From: Minisyncoccota bacterium
GTDB taxonomy: Bacteria > Patescibacteriota > Minisyncoccia > Phycocordibacterales > CALRHW01
NCBI GenBank assembly: GCA_046350795.1
Contig: JAXLZT010000001.1
Span: 181,780-245,779 of the forward strand
Direction: 5' to 3'
Length of the DNA: 64,000 nucleotides
The notes beneath the pieces are model-generated. The model was not told the origin of the DNA. It ran no database searches and saw only the letters and a program-made list of their open reading frames with translations. Below, piece after piece: positions 8,353-18,482 of the stretch (the first letter of the stretch is position 1; the number at the start of each line of letters is the position of its first letter). The position numbers were made by a program, and so were the translations under genes.

Positions 8353-10761
8353 ATGCCAGAGAAAAAACAAAATAAAAAAATAGTTTTACTTGATGTGCAC
8401 GCTATCATACATCGCGCATATCACGCTTTGCCTGATTTTGCTTCTACAAAAGGCGAGCCGACTGGTGCTATATATGGACTTTGCACAATGCTTTTAAAAA
8501 TCGTTGCCGACCTTTCTCCTGATTTCATTGTCGCTTGTTATGATCTACCGGAAAAAACCCACAGACATGAAGCATACGAAGCATACAAAGCGACTCGCAA
8601 GAAAATAGACGACGCTCTCGTCGCGCAGATAGTGCGATCAAATGATGTTTTCAAGGCGTTTAGTATTCCGTCATATTCTTTTGCTGGTTTTGAAGCGGAC
8701 GACGTGCTCGGTACTATTGTTGAGACACTGAAACACGACAAGAGTACAGACATAGTGATCGCATCCGGTGATATGGACACGATGCAACTCGTGGATGATA
8801 AAAAGGTGCGAGTATATACTTTGCGAAAGGGAATAAAAGACACGGTAATATATGATGAGGATGCTGTTGTGGAAAGATTTGGTTTTGTGCCAACACTTTT
8901 GCCAGACTACAAGGGTTTGCGTGGCGATCCTTCTGACAATATTATCGGCATTGCTGGTATCGGCGAAAAGACAGCGACTATTTTAATACAAAAGTTTGGC
9001 ACACTAGAAAAAATGTATAAGGTGCTAAAAAAAGATCAGGCACCGTTTAGAGAAGCCGGGATCACTCCGCGTATCATTGATTTACTTTTGAAAGGCGAGG
9101 AAGAAGCCCTATTTTCAAAAACATTAGCAACTATTCGCCGTGACGCGCCGATTGATTTTAAAATGCCGGAAAAGACATGGAAAGAAGCGGTGGATATAAA
9201 AGCAGTCGAGACACTTTTTGCCGAGCTTGAGTTTAAGGCTCTTCTTTCCCGAGTAGAAAATGCACTAGGTATAAAAAAAATGCCCTTGCAGGCAAGCTTG
9301 CTTGGAGGTGACGGTGAGGAGGGCAACGGTAGCGCAGACGCACAAAAAGAAGTATTGCCGGAAAGCGAAATGAAAAAACTATCTCTGGCGCTTTGGATTA
9401 TTGATTCAAATATTACTAGCCCATCTATCGAAGACGTTTTGCGATTTGCGCACACCGAGTCTTTGCTACGCGCGCGAGATTTTATCATGTCCGAGCTTGA
9501 GAAAAGAAATCTGATGAAAGTTTTTCGCGAAATAGAAGAACCACTCATGCGTGTGATAGAGGCAATGGAGAAGCGGGGGATAAAAATAGATGCAAAATAT
9601 TTGCGCCAGCTTTCAAAGCAGTATCATGCCGATCTTGCCGAGCTCGAGAAAAATATTTGGCGTGAAGCTGGTGAGGAATTTAATATAAATTCACCAAAAC
9701 AGCTTGGCGTGATACTTTTTGACAAACTCGGGCTCAGCGTAAAAGGACTCAAAAAAACAGCGGGTGGCGAGCGCTCTACTCGTGAAAGCGAGCTAGAAAA
9801 AATGGAAGGACTTCATCCCATCATTGATTACATATTAAAATACCGCGTGCTACAAAAACTTCTTTCTACATATATAGATACACTACCTACACTTTTGGCA
9901 GAAGACGGCCGACTGCACACTACTTTTTTGCAGACTGGTACGACGACGGGGCGCATGTCTTCCAACAATCCCAACATTCAAAATATTCCCATCAAAACAG
10001 ATGCAGGTAAAAAGATTCGTGATGCTTTTGTCGCGGAAAAAGGCTTTAAGCTAGTAAAGTTTGATTATTCTCAAATAGAGCTACGCATTGCCGCGCTTTT
10101 GTCTGGTGATGAAAAGCTTATAGAAATATTTAAATCGGGTGGAGATATTCATCAGGCTGTGGCATCAGAAGTTTTTAAAGTACCACGCGAAAAAGTCGAT
10201 AGAGAAATGCGTCGCAAAGCCAAAGTGATCAATTTCGGCATCCTTTACGGTATGGGTGTGAACGCTTTGAAGAAAAATCTAGACAGCACTCGCGAAGAAG
10301 CACAGTTTTTCTACGATGAATATTTCAAAAATTTCAGCGGTCTTGCGAGCTATCTAGAGTCAGTAAAAGCCAGTGCAAAAAAGCTCGGATACACAGAAAC
10401 TTTTTTTGGTCGTCGCCGATATTTTCCAAATATAAAATCAAAGCTGCCATATATCGCTGCTGCCAACGAACGCATGGCCATCAACGCGCCGATACAAGGC
10501 ACTTCTGCGGATATCATAAAGATAGCGATGGTGAGGATACATGAATACATTGAGCGAGCGGGTCTTTCTAAAGACGTTTTTCTGCTTTTGCAAGTGCACG
10601 ATGAGCTTGTGTTTGAAATAAAAGAGGAGGTGGTCGCAAAGGTGACGCCAGAGCTAGAGCGCATAATGCAAGAAGTGCTTAAGCCAGAGGAAATGCTCGG
10701 TATCCCTCTTGTGGTCAATGGCGAGGTCGGGGATAATTGGGGGCAAACGGAGGCGCTGTAA
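8353..10761 (+). CDS. polA: DNA polymerase I
   Basis: 5'-3' exonuclease (EADD, GDPSDNIIG), TGRMSS.NPN.QNIP, DYSQIELR, NFGILYG, LQVHDELV. Confidence 0.97.
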   Translation: MPEKKQNKKIVLLDVHAIIHRAYHALPDFASTKGEPTGAIYGLCTMLLKIVADLSPDFIVACYDLPEKTHRHEAYEAYKATRKKIDDALVAQIVRSNDVFKAFSIPSYSFAGFEADDVLGTIVETLKHDKSTDIVIASGDMDTMQLVDDKKVRVYTLRKGIKDTVIYDEDAVVERFGFVPTLLPDYKGLRGDPSDNIIGIAGIGEKTATILIQKFGTLEKMYKVLKKDQAPFREAGITPRIIDLLLKGEEEALFSKTLATIRRDAPIDFKMPEKTWKEAVDIKAVETLFAELEFKALLSRVENALGIKKMPLQASLLGGDGEEGNGSADAQKEVLPESEMKKLSLALWIIDSNITSPSIEDVLRFAHTESLLRARDFIMSELEKRNLMKVFREIEEPLMRVIEAMEKRGIKIDAKYLRQLSKQYHADLAELEKNIWREAGEEFNINSPKQLGVILFDKLGLSVKGLKKTAGGERSTRESELEKMEGLHPIIDYILKYRVLQKLLSTYIDTLPTLLAEDGRLHTTFLQTGTTTGRMSSNNPNIQNIPIKTDAGKKIRDAFVAEKGFKLVKFDYSQIELRIAALLSGDEKLIEIFKSGGDIHQAVASEVFKVPREKVDREMRRKAKVINFGILYGMGVNALKKNLDSTREEAQFFYDEYFKNFSGLASYLESVKASAKKLGYTETFFGRRRYFPNIKSKLPYIAAANERMAINAPIQGTSADIIKIAMVRIHEYIERAGLSKDVFLLLQVHDELVFEIKEEVVAKVTPELERIMQEVLKPEEMLGIPLVVNGEVGDNWGQTEAL

Positions 10762-10779
10762 AGATGCGCGAGAAATATT

Positions 10780-11496
10780 ATGCTCTACTTTCTACACGGC
10801 ACAGATTTAAAAAGATCACGCGAAAAGCTTCATGAGCTACTCGACACTTTGCATAAAAAAAAGCCAGACGCTGAGCTCTTTAAAATAGAAAGTGAGCAGT
10901 GGGACGAAGCGAGGTTTGAAGAATTTTTGAGCGGACAGGGGCTTTTTGAAAATAAATATATTGTGGTGCTTGATAAAGTTTTTGAAAATGTCGATGCAAA
11001 AGAGTCAGTGGTGGAAATGCTTAAAGAAATAGCTGAATCTGACAATGTTTTTATTTTTCTTGAAGGCGCTGTGGACACAGCCACTCTAAAGAAGATAGAA
11101 AAACATGCGCAAAAGACTCAGGAATTTGAAGAAAAAGAAAAAACCGCGCCAAAAACTTTTAATATTTTTTCTTTGACGGACGCTTTTGGTCGTCGCGATA
11201 AAAAACAACTTTGGGTGCTATATGAGCAAGCGCTTGCTAATGGATCAGAGCCGGAGGAAATACACGGTATCCTTTTTTGGCAATTGAAAAGTATTTTGAC
11301 TGCTCTCGGCTCAAAAAGTGCGAGCGAGTCCGGACTCAAGCCGTTTGTTTTTCAAAAGGCTACTGGCTTTGCGCGCAACTACTCTCGCGAAGAATTACAA
11401 AAAATGTCTGCTCAGTTTGTAGATATATATCACAATGCCAGACGTGGAATGGGGGAGATGGATATTGCTTTGGAGAAGTTTATTTTGAGTATATAA
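10780..11496 (+). CDS. holA: DNA polymerase III delta subunit-like protein (compact)
   Basis: N-terminal LYFLHG, GLF motif, NIFSLTDA, C-terminal ALEKFIL typical of HolA. Confidence 0.7.
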   Translation: MLYFLHGTDLKRSREKLHELLDTLHKKKPDAELFKIESEQWDEARFEEFLSGQGLFENKYIVVLDKVFENVDAKESVVEMLKEIAESDNVFIFLEGAVDTATLKKIEKHAQKTQEFEEKEKTAPKTFNIFSLTDAFGRRDKKQLWVLYEQALANGSEPEEIHGILFWQLKSILTALGSKSASESGLKPFVFQKATGFARNYSREELQKMSAQFVDIYHNARRGMGEMDIALEKFILSI

Positions 11497-11503
11497 AAGT
11501 ATT

Positions 11504-11531
11504 GCGCCCGCCCCTGTGGAGGGGCGGGCGC
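11504..11531. terminator. GC-rich hairpin terminator
   Basis: gcgcccgcccct-gtgg-aggggcgggcgc between convergent genes. Confidence 0.8.
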
Positions 11532-11560
11532 TAAGTGAATGTTGTGTGAAAGGCTGAGTT

Positions 11561-12217
11561 CTAGGGGGTGAATTTATGATGCCCCCAATCGTTGAAGCCA
11601 AGTTTGTAAATAAAGAACATGCTTCGGAATACGAAGCCAATCGCCACCGCCATGCTGTTGACCATGGCAACGATGCAGAAAGTAGCTAGTCCCACAACAC
11701 CCCCGTATGCGATACCGAGCACCACCCCCACAAACAGTGCTGAGAGGAACGAGAAGTACAGTGCTGTACTCGTGCTGGACAAGACGCCAGAGATCATGCA
11801 GATCAGTAGGAGCGATCCGAACAAAATCATGGTTCCAGGCTCGGAAACACCGTTTACAAATCCAGCAACGCTCCCAACAATCAAGCCAAACGCTACCGCG
11901 GCCAGAGTGGCACCTATCCAGTCTTCATTAGCAGCCCAATCGTTCTTTGAAGACAGGTGAATGATCCAGCTAAGCTGGAGTATGAACACCGGAAACAGGA
12001 GGATGTCAGAGAGGCGGGTGAGGTTGAATGGCCAGATTAGCTCGCCCCACACCCGAACGTTTTCTTTGCCCATTCCCACCACCTCCACCTTGTCACAGGA
12101 CAGCATGATGTTGGAGGAGTGTGGTACAGAGCCGGTGCACAGGCACCAGATTGTCCAGAATGCGCCAGCAACGGACGCAACGAAGAGCATCCAGATAAAA
12201 GTTGTACGAGGTCTCAA
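11561..12217 (-). CDS. Hypothetical multi-pass membrane protein, GC-rich
   Basis: Several hydrophobic segments; AAGGAG SD before TTG start; TTGACT promoter near 12377. Confidence 0.7.
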   Translation of the reverse strand: MRPRTTFIWMLFVASVAGAFWTIWCLCTGSVPHSSNIMLSCDKVEVVGMGKENVRVWGELIWPFNLTRLSDILLFPVFILQLSWIIHLSSKNDWAANEDWIGATLAAVAFGLIVGSVAGFVNGVSEPGTMILFGSLLLICMISGVLSSTSTALYFSFLSALFVGVVLGIAYGGVVGLATFCIVAMVNSMAVAIGFVFRSMFFIYKLGFNDWGHHKFTP

Positions 12218-12388
12218 GTGAAGCTCCTTGGTAAGGGTGATAAACCACCTTTAGTGATGGTTACAGCTATAAAAATCCTATTTCGAATGAGTGAAATTTG
12301 GGTTCTTGTAGCAGTAACCATCAACGTTTTTAATGTTCAGTCTTGCGTTAAATTAGCACATTAAAATAAAAAGTCAAGTGTCGTATGA

Positions 12389-12464
12389 TGGTCCGCCCAC
12401 CAGGACTCGAACCTGGGACCAAGTGCTTAAAAGGCACCTGCTCTACCAACTGAGCTATAGGCGG
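12389..12464 (-). tRNA. tRNA-Lys (UUU), CCA encoded
   Basis: Cloverleaf CCGCCTA/TGGGCGG, anticodon loop CT-TTT-AA, GTTCGAG T-loop. Confidence 0.95.
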
Positions 12465-12502
12465 ATGTAAAACTTGCTGTACTCGCGCGCTATGGCTGAA
12501 TT

Positions 12503-12533
12503 TCTACCAAGACAGCTATAGGCGGATGTAAAA
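12503..12533 (-). repeat. Imperfect duplicate of tRNA-Lys 5' end and leader
   Basis: 28/31 identical to 12442-12472. Confidence 0.85.
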
Positions 12534-12566
12534 TTCGCACAAGCGAATATCAGAAAATATAACAGA

Positions 12567-12929
12567 TTATAGCGGTAAATCAATAGCGTAAAACCCTGCA
12601 CCTGAGAGCATTAGGGAAAAAGAAATCACAATCACAAATACATAAAGCATAATATCTTTTTCCGACAATGATTTCACAACCTTCCATTTATACACAAAGG
12701 TCGCAGTATTTATGAGGAGGGCGATTAGAGCCATTACTTGGGTAAAAAGACCGAGCACAATAAATATTCCAGCTACAATGAGTACGATATTTGAACCACG
12801 AGAAATATTTGAAATTGGCCCACGCAGACTTTTATAAGAAGTGAAAACTAGAAAAATACCCAGCGCTAGGCGAAGCAAAAGTGGTGCAAAGAGTCCGTAG
12901 GTCAAAAGATTTGGAAATGTATTGAGCAT
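12567..12929 (-). CDS. DoxX-family membrane protein
   Basis: LLLRLALG, LGLFTQ, GAGFYAIDLPL. Confidence 0.75.
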   Translation of the reverse strand: MLNTFPNLLTYGLFAPLLLRLALGIFLVFTSYKSLRGPISNISRGSNIVLIVAGIFIVLGLFTQVMALIALLINTATFVYKWKVVKSLSEKDIMLYVFVIVISFSLMLSGAGFYAIDLPL

Positions 12930-12974
12930 GATTGGATTATACCAAAGTATAGGGAAATGTTGTATTGTGTGGGC

Positions 12975-13469
12975 ATGAAAAAGGAAGAAATCTATGTGGT
13001 ATTAAATGACATACGAAGCATACACAATGTAGGCTCTATATTTCGCACGGCTGATGCCGCGGGTGTGTCAAAGATATTTTTGACGGGCTATACACCGACA
13101 CCTCTAGATAGATTTGGCCGGCCAAGAAAAGATCTGGCAAAGGTAGCGCTCGGAGCAGAAAAATCTGTGCCATGGGAATATGAAAAAAGCACGCAGGCTA
13201 TCATAAAAAAAATAAAAAAAGCCGGCGTGTTTGTGGTGGCGATAGAGCAAAGCCCGCGCTCAGTGCATTACAAAAAAATCGCTCTCGATCTAAAAAATCA
13301 CGACATCAGTCACGTCGCTTTTGTATACGGAAATGAGGTGGATGGTATCTCGCCGGATATTTTAAATGAGTGTGATGCTGTAGCAGAAATACCGATGGCC
13401 GGTAAAAAAGAATCACTCAATGTGTCAGTCTCAGCCGGTATTACACTTTTTGGGATGCTTGATAGGTAA
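12975..13469 (+). CDS. SpoU/TrmH family RNA methyltransferase
   Basis: NVGSIFRTAD, GNEVDG, IPMAG..ESLNVSV. Confidence 0.92.
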   Translation: MKKEEIYVVLNDIRSIHNVGSIFRTADAAGVSKIFLTGYTPTPLDRFGRPRKDLAKVALGAEKSVPWEYEKSTQAIIKKIKKAGVFVVAIEQSPRSVHYKKIALDLKNHDISHVAFVYGNEVDGISPDILNECDAVAEIPMAGKKESLNVSVSAGITLFGMLDR

Positions 13470-13471
13470 GC

Positions 13472-14317
13472 TTAGTAAGTGAAGGTGTCTACGGTGCGTC
13501 CTTGTGCGTCTATAAGTCTCAAGATCTCCTGATCACTTTTTCCATCTTTATCTTTTTTCCAAAAAGGCATGTTGCTTTTCAAAAAAACTCGCCACTCTTT
13601 GCCTAAAAAGTTTTTACTGTTTTTATACATGTTTACACAACCCTGATAAGAAGCTTTTTCTTTTATAAAGTCCTCGCAATATTGAGGCATATTCGGTAGA
13701 TTTTTTGGTGGTACTTCACATACAGAAAGGGAATTTATATAGTTCATGCATGTATCGCTGTCTTCTATTTGATTTGGTAATTTGCCGTTGTCTAAGTCTG
13801 GGCAACGCATTTCTAGTTTTGGATTAAAATTTTCCTTATCTTCTATATAGCCAGTACAAGCGTTTGTTCTAAAAGAAATTCCTATTGGTGATTTGTCAGA
13901 AGAGATGATGACTTTTTGATAGCCGTTTACTACGATTGCCTTTTCTGGATCTATGAGTGGCATATTTGATGCGTTGCCTATTACTGCCTTGCTTCCAGTG
14001 ACATCGCTCACAATACTCCAACCCGTAATATTTATCGGTTCGTCTGTAGAGGTGGTAAGTACTATATATTCTGATCCAGTAAATGTACCAGGCTCTACTA
14101 TATCGTCTATATCTATGTCGCCAGCAAATGGAGAAGTGTTACTCGATCCTTTTATGTGCGCACCCTGTACTTCACCTATATTTTTGTTTGTATTTAGGTT
14201 TTTTGTTGGATTCAATCCACCAGTAACCGGTTTGAATAGCGCGCCGTTATTATGTAAGGCTAATAATATAGCTGCAAATAAAACTAAAGCTACAATGATT
14301 GGACCTATTTCTTTCAT
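13472..14317 (-). CDS. Membrane-anchored Cys-rich hypothetical protein
   Basis: N-terminal TM helix; EYIVL...INITGWSI resembles lamin-tail-like domain; six Cys. Confidence 0.7.
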   Translation of the reverse strand: MKEIGPIIVALVLFAAILLALHNNGALFKPVTGGLNPTKNLNTNKNIGEVQGAHIKGSSNTSPFAGDIDIDDIVEPGTFTGSEYIVLTTSTDEPINITGWSIVSDVTGSKAVIGNASNMPLIDPEKAIVVNGYQKVIISSDKSPIGISFRTNACTGYIEDKENFNPKLEMRCPDLDNGKLPNQIEDSDTCMNYINSLSVCEVPPKNLPNMPQYCEDFIKEKASYQGCVNMYKNSKNFLGKEWRVFLKSNMPFWKKDKDGKSDQEILRLIDAQGRTVDTFTY

Positions 14318-14323
14318 ATGTTC

Positions 14324-15238
14324 TTATTGTAGAAGCTTTTGATGAGTAGTGCAAAAATGCGCACTGCGTCCACCAATGATTTTTCTTTGTATGACCCCTC
14401 CACAACCACGCTTTTTACATTTTTCCTTGGCGCGACGATAGACTTGATGTTCGAGCTGAAACCGTCCTTTTTCCCCGTGCACATTGCGGTAGTCTGACAT
14501 TGAGTCTCCACCAAAATCTATTCCTTTTGAAAGTAGTTGGCGTGTCGCGGTATACATTTTTTTTAAAGTAATCTCCGGTATTTTTTCTGGTTTGGATTCG
14601 GGATGTACTGAACATTCCCAAAGTATTTCATCAGAGTAAATATTTCCAATACCCGCCATGACACTCTGGTCCATTAAAACGGTTTTTATTTTTCCCTTTG
14701 GTTTTTTCTCTAAACATTTTTTAAATATTTCAAATGTAAAATTTTTATCTACAGGCTCTGGTCCAAGCTCTCGTAAGTCTGGTGATTCGTGCATTGTTTT
14801 TGTATCTAGTATTGTAACTTTTGCGAATTTTCTAGTGTCAGACATAGCGACGTGTTTGCCGTTTGAAAGAGTCATTACAAAATGTACATACGCATTAAAC
14901 GGATCATCTCTCAGTGGTCCAGCGTGTATAGCTTCCCATTTTTTTCCTTTCATACCATATGTGCCGTATAGTATGTGTCCGGTCATTTTCATGTGAATTA
15001 AAATGGTGTGGTCGTTGGATAGGTGAATTAATACATTTTTTGCGCGTCTATTTACGGATATTATTTTTTTACCGACGCAAAGTGCGCGGAATTTTTTAAA
15101 AAACTCTGCGTCTTTTATGTTATTTTTTCCCTTGTAGTGAGGGCTTTTGTAATCTGTCCATATATCTACGATACTTAGGCCCGGCAATACTTTCTGCAGG
15201 CCTGTAGCTGTAGTATGTACTTCTGGTAGCTCTGGCAT
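14324..15238 (-). CDS. mutM: Formamidopyrimidine-DNA glycosylase
   Basis: MPELPEV, HMKMTG, GIGNIYSDE, C-terminal zinc finger. Confidence 0.96.
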   Translation of the reverse strand: MPELPEVHTTATGLQKVLPGLSIVDIWTDYKSPHYKGKNNIKDAEFFKKFRALCVGKKIISVNRRAKNVLIHLSNDHTILIHMKMTGHILYGTYGMKGKKWEAIHAGPLRDDPFNAYVHFVMTLSNGKHVAMSDTRKFAKVTILDTKTMHESPDLRELGPEPVDKNFTFEIFKKCLEKKPKGKIKTVLMDQSVMAGIGNIYSDEILWECSVHPESKPEKIPEITLKKMYTATRQLLSKGIDFGGDSMSDYRNVHGEKGRFQLEHQVYRRAKEKCKKRGCGGVIQRKIIGGRSAHFCTTHQKLLQ

Positions 15239-15266
15239 GGAGTGATTATAATGCTATACTCTTTTC

Positions 15267-16127
15267 ATGAAAAGACTCGCTCTTATCGCATCTATTGCTG
15301 TATTTGCTATTTGTTATATATATTTTACAAAGCCAATACATACTCCAGCGGTCGTGGCAAATAATCAGCCGGTTAATAAAATAAAAATATTACTTGTTGC
15401 TGGACATGATAATGACACGTGGGGAACTCAATTTTTGGGCGTCAAGGAAGTCGAACTCAACAGACTTCTCGCTGGTTATTTGTTTGATTTTTTAAAAAAT
15501 GATCCACTTTTTGAAGTGACGGTAAATCAAGAAAATGATGATTATATTCCTGAATTGAAAAACTTTTTTGAAGAAAATGAAGAAAAAATAGTGACATATC
15601 GAAAAGAGAGAAGGGATGGTTTTAAAAAAGAAACGGAGGAAAGGGATATAGATGCTGATGTGGTAGAGCACAATAAGGTGACTGATGATGTGGCCAACAA
15701 GCTTTATGGCACAAACATGTGGGCAGAAGAAAAAGATTTCGATTTACTTCTACACACTCACTTTAATGATTATCCTGGTAGACCAAAGAGCGGTGCCGGT
15801 AAATATTTCGGTTTTGTGGTGTATGCACCAGATGATAGTCTGAAAAATCATAATGAAAGTTTACCTGTTGCACACGCTTTATATAATGAGCTTGCAAAAT
15901 ATCAACCAAAGAGCAATTTGCCTGTAGAAAAAGATGGGGTAATAGAAAGTAAGGATCTTATTGCTCTGGGCGCTCGTAATAGTTTGAGTATTCCCGCCGT
16001 GCTAATAGAGTATGCGTATATAGCAGAGCCAAGACTGCAAGGTGAGGGTAGGGATGGTGAAATAAAAAAGATGGCTGAGCAGACTTATGTGGCGCTGAAA
16101 GAGTATTACGGTAAACAACAAAAGTAG
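15267..16127 (+). CDS. N-acetylmuramoyl-L-alanine amidase (Amidase_3-like)
   Basis: N-terminal anchor, AGH, E, HTHFN, PAVLIEYAY. Confidence 0.85.
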   Translation: MKRLALIASIAVFAICYIYFTKPIHTPAVVANNQPVNKIKILLVAGHDNDTWGTQFLGVKEVELNRLLAGYLFDFLKNDPLFEVTVNQENDDYIPELKNFFEENEEKIVTYRKERRDGFKKETEERDIDADVVEHNKVTDDVANKLYGTNMWAEEKDFDLLLHTHFNDYPGRPKSGAGKYFGFVVYAPDDSLKNHNESLPVAHALYNELAKYQPKSNLPVEKDGVIESKDLIALGARNSLSIPAVLIEYAYIAEPRLQGEGRDGEIKKMAEQTYVALKEYYGKQQK

Positions 16128-16219
16128 TGTTTGAAAAGCACGCGTCAATCGCTACTGCGATTGCTGCTCCGCTCGGCGCCGTCGCGCCTGCGCGAGTCTT
16201 TTCAAACACTACTTTTGTT
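16117..16219. repeat. Palindromic element with 22-bp perfect terminal inverted repeats
   Basis: aacaaaagtagtgtttgaaaag (16117-16138) / cttttcaaacactacttttgtt (16198-16219) around a GC-rich core. Confidence 0.85.
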
Positions 16220-17474
16220 TATTTACCATCATTTTCTGCAACTCCTCTTTTGCTACCTCACTATCACTCCACGGTTCTTTTTCGCCATTTGCTCGCATGA
16301 TGTATGGATCTGTGCCTTTGCCAGTGATGAGTATTACGTCGCCAGTGTTGGCTTTTGAAATGGCTGTAGCTATGGCTTGTCGTCTGTCCATTATGATTTC
16401 ACATGGCTTGTTTGTAATACCCTTTGTCATGTCCTCGACGATAGATCGCGGATCATCATCATATGGATCTTCGTCAGTTAAGATAATTTCATCACAGTAT
16501 TTATCAGCGACAGCGCCCATCACTTTTCTTTTCCAAGTGTCTCTACCACCGCCAGTGTTTCCTAAGACGCATATTTTTTTCTGATCAGGAAAAGCTTGAT
16601 AAAGTTTTTCTAAAGAGTCTGCTGTGTGTGCGTAGTCTACAATTACTTCAAAATCCTGTCCGGCATTTACTCTCTCTACACGACCCTTTGGCGTTTGTAT
16701 TTTTGCCAAAGCTTTTTTAATAGTCTCAAGTGACACGCCTATGGCCTCGGCACACATCAGTGCGCCAAGCGCATTGTATATATTGAAAAGGCCGGTGAGT
16801 GGCGCATGCATTTTTTCACCTTTATATGTAAATGTAATTGAGTTTTTATCTAAAATGTAAGGTTCGGCTTTTGAAATAGAAAAAGGAACGGTGTGTTGTA
16901 CGGGCAGAGAGAGGTAGAGTTGGGACTCCTCGTCGTCTTTGTTGGCTACAGACCATTTTTCTTTTTTTGATGATTTTACTAGCGACCAGCCGATAGAGCG
17001 TTTTGCATCGCGATACTTTTCAAAAGATCCATGTGACTCTATGTGTTCTGGAGATAGATTTGTAAAAATAAGAGCGTCTAGGTCGATACCACGATTGCGA
17101 TATTGTTTTGCTCCTTCTGATGTGATCTCCATGACAACATGTGTACATCTCGCATTTACTGCATCTCGCAAAAATTTTTGTATGAAAAATCGCCCCGGCA
17201 TGGACATTTTGTAAAGATTTGGCCAGCTTTTATCACCGATTTTAAAACGAATCGTGCCTGTGACAGCAGTCTTGTATCCCGCCTCTTCTAGTATGGCATT
17301 TAATATTTCTACGGTGCTGGATTTTCCTTTTGTGCCGGTGACAGCAACGACAAAAAGTTTGCGGGAAGGGAAGCGGTAGAGGATAGCGCCAGCGTATGCA
17401 AAAATGAAATGATATGCAGGCTGAAAAAATTTAAATATCGGAGCGGGTATTATTTTTTTTAAAATTCTAAGCAT
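16209..17474 (-). CDS. murE: UDP-MurNAc-tripeptide synthetase (MurE family)
   Basis: VTGTKGKSST, MEITSEG, NLSPEH, VDYAHT, GGGRD, GKG. Confidence 0.9.
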   Translation of the reverse strand: MLRILKKIIPAPIFKFFQPAYHFIFAYAGAILYRFPSRKLFVVAVTGTKGKSSTVEILNAILEEAGYKTAVTGTIRFKIGDKSWPNLYKMSMPGRFFIQKFLRDAVNARCTHVVMEITSEGAKQYRNRGIDLDALIFTNLSPEHIESHGSFEKYRDAKRSIGWSLVKSSKKEKWSVANKDDEESQLYLSLPVQHTVPFSISKAEPYILDKNSITFTYKGEKMHAPLTGLFNIYNALGALMCAEAIGVSLETIKKALAKIQTPKGRVERVNAGQDFEVIVDYAHTADSLEKLYQAFPDQKKICVLGNTGGGRDTWKRKVMGAVADKYCDEIILTDEDPYDDDPRSIVEDMTKGITNKPCEIIMDRRQAIATAISKANTGDVILITGKGTDPYIMRANGEKEPWSDSEVAKEELQKMMVNKQK

Positions 17475-17483
17475 TTTTTCTTT

Positions 17484-18056
17484 TTAAATCTTTGAACCAA
17501 GTATTTTTAGCGCTTGTTTTACTTTTTCTCCAGTATTGTCTATATCTTTAGAAACTTTTGTGAGCGCATCTCGAGCTTCGTTTTGAGAATAACCCAGAGA
17601 CTTGAGTGCTTCGATAGCGTCTGAATCTTTTTGCAGGTGGACACCCCCACCTTCGATTCCTTCAAACTTTCCGCGCAGTTCAAGCACTATTTTGTCTGCT
17701 ACTTTTTTGCCGACACCAGAAACTTTTGTTAGATATGCGGTGTCGCCACTAGAAATAGCCAAGCGGATGGTTTCTGGGAGCACCGCATTCATTACGCCGA
17801 GCGCAGTTTTTGGTCCGATGCCAGATACTGTGATGAGCATTTCAAATAAATCGAGATCTTCTTTGTTTGCAAAGCCGTAAAGATCTAAAGAGTTTTCTCG
17901 CACCGCTAAATACGTCCAGACAGATATTTCGGCACCATCGCGCGCTTTGTCTATCATCGCTGAAGTAGCAAAAACCTTGTATCCCACGCCCGCGACATCT
18001 ACGATCAAAAATCGCAAGTCTTTATAGCTAACACTTCCTTTGAGTTGGGAAATCAT
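17484..18056 (-). CDS. ruvA: Holliday junction DNA-binding protein RuvA
   Basis: GVGY, LYGF, VSGIGPKTA, EALKSLGY. Confidence 0.96.
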   Translation of the reverse strand: MISQLKGSVSYKDLRFLIVDVAGVGYKVFATSAMIDKARDGAEISVWTYLAVRENSLDLYGFANKEDLDLFEMLITVSGIGPKTALGVMNAVLPETIRLAISSGDTAYLTKVSGVGKKVADKIVLELRGKFEGIEGGGVHLQKDSDAIEALKSLGYSQNEARDALTKVSKDIDNTGEKVKQALKILGSKI

Positions 18057-18130
18057 GGCTGTAATGATAGCAGAATTTGCCTTTTTGAGCGATATTTGTT
18101 ACTGTATCCGATACATTTCAATATATAAAT

Positions 18131-18394
18131 ATGCCAATTACAACTTCAGCAAAAAAGGCGCTTAGAAACTCAAATCGAAAACGAGTTTTTAACATGCGAA
18201 AAAAGGAGGGCGTTCAGGCTGTATTAAAGAAGTTTAAAAAGCTTGTTGCAGAAAAGAACGCAAAAGAAGCGTCCAAATACCTATCTACAGTACAAAAAAC
18301 TATAGATAAAGCATCAAAAACAGGACTTTTGAAGAAAAACACAGCTTCAAGAAAAAAGTCTAGACTTGTAGCCATGGTAAAAAAGCTCGGCTAA
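18131..18394 (+). CDS. rpsT: 30S ribosomal protein S20
   Basis: MPITTSAKKALR...KNTASRKKSRL. Confidence 0.95.
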   Translation: MPITTSAKKALRNSNRKRVFNMRKKEGVQAVLKKFKKLVAEKNAKEASKYLSTVQKTIDKASKTGLLKKNTASRKKSRLVAMVKKLG

Positions 18395-18396
18395 TG

Positions 18397-18430
18397 TAAA
18401 ACAAAACACCCGAAAGGGTGTTTTGTTTTA
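18397..18430 (+). terminator. Intrinsic terminator after rpsT
   Basis: taaaacaaaacaccc-gaaa-gggtgttttgtttta. Confidence 0.9.
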
Positions 18431-18482
18431 TCGAATTACACAATCCCTTTTATTATTCGATTTTACATAATAGAATTAGTAT

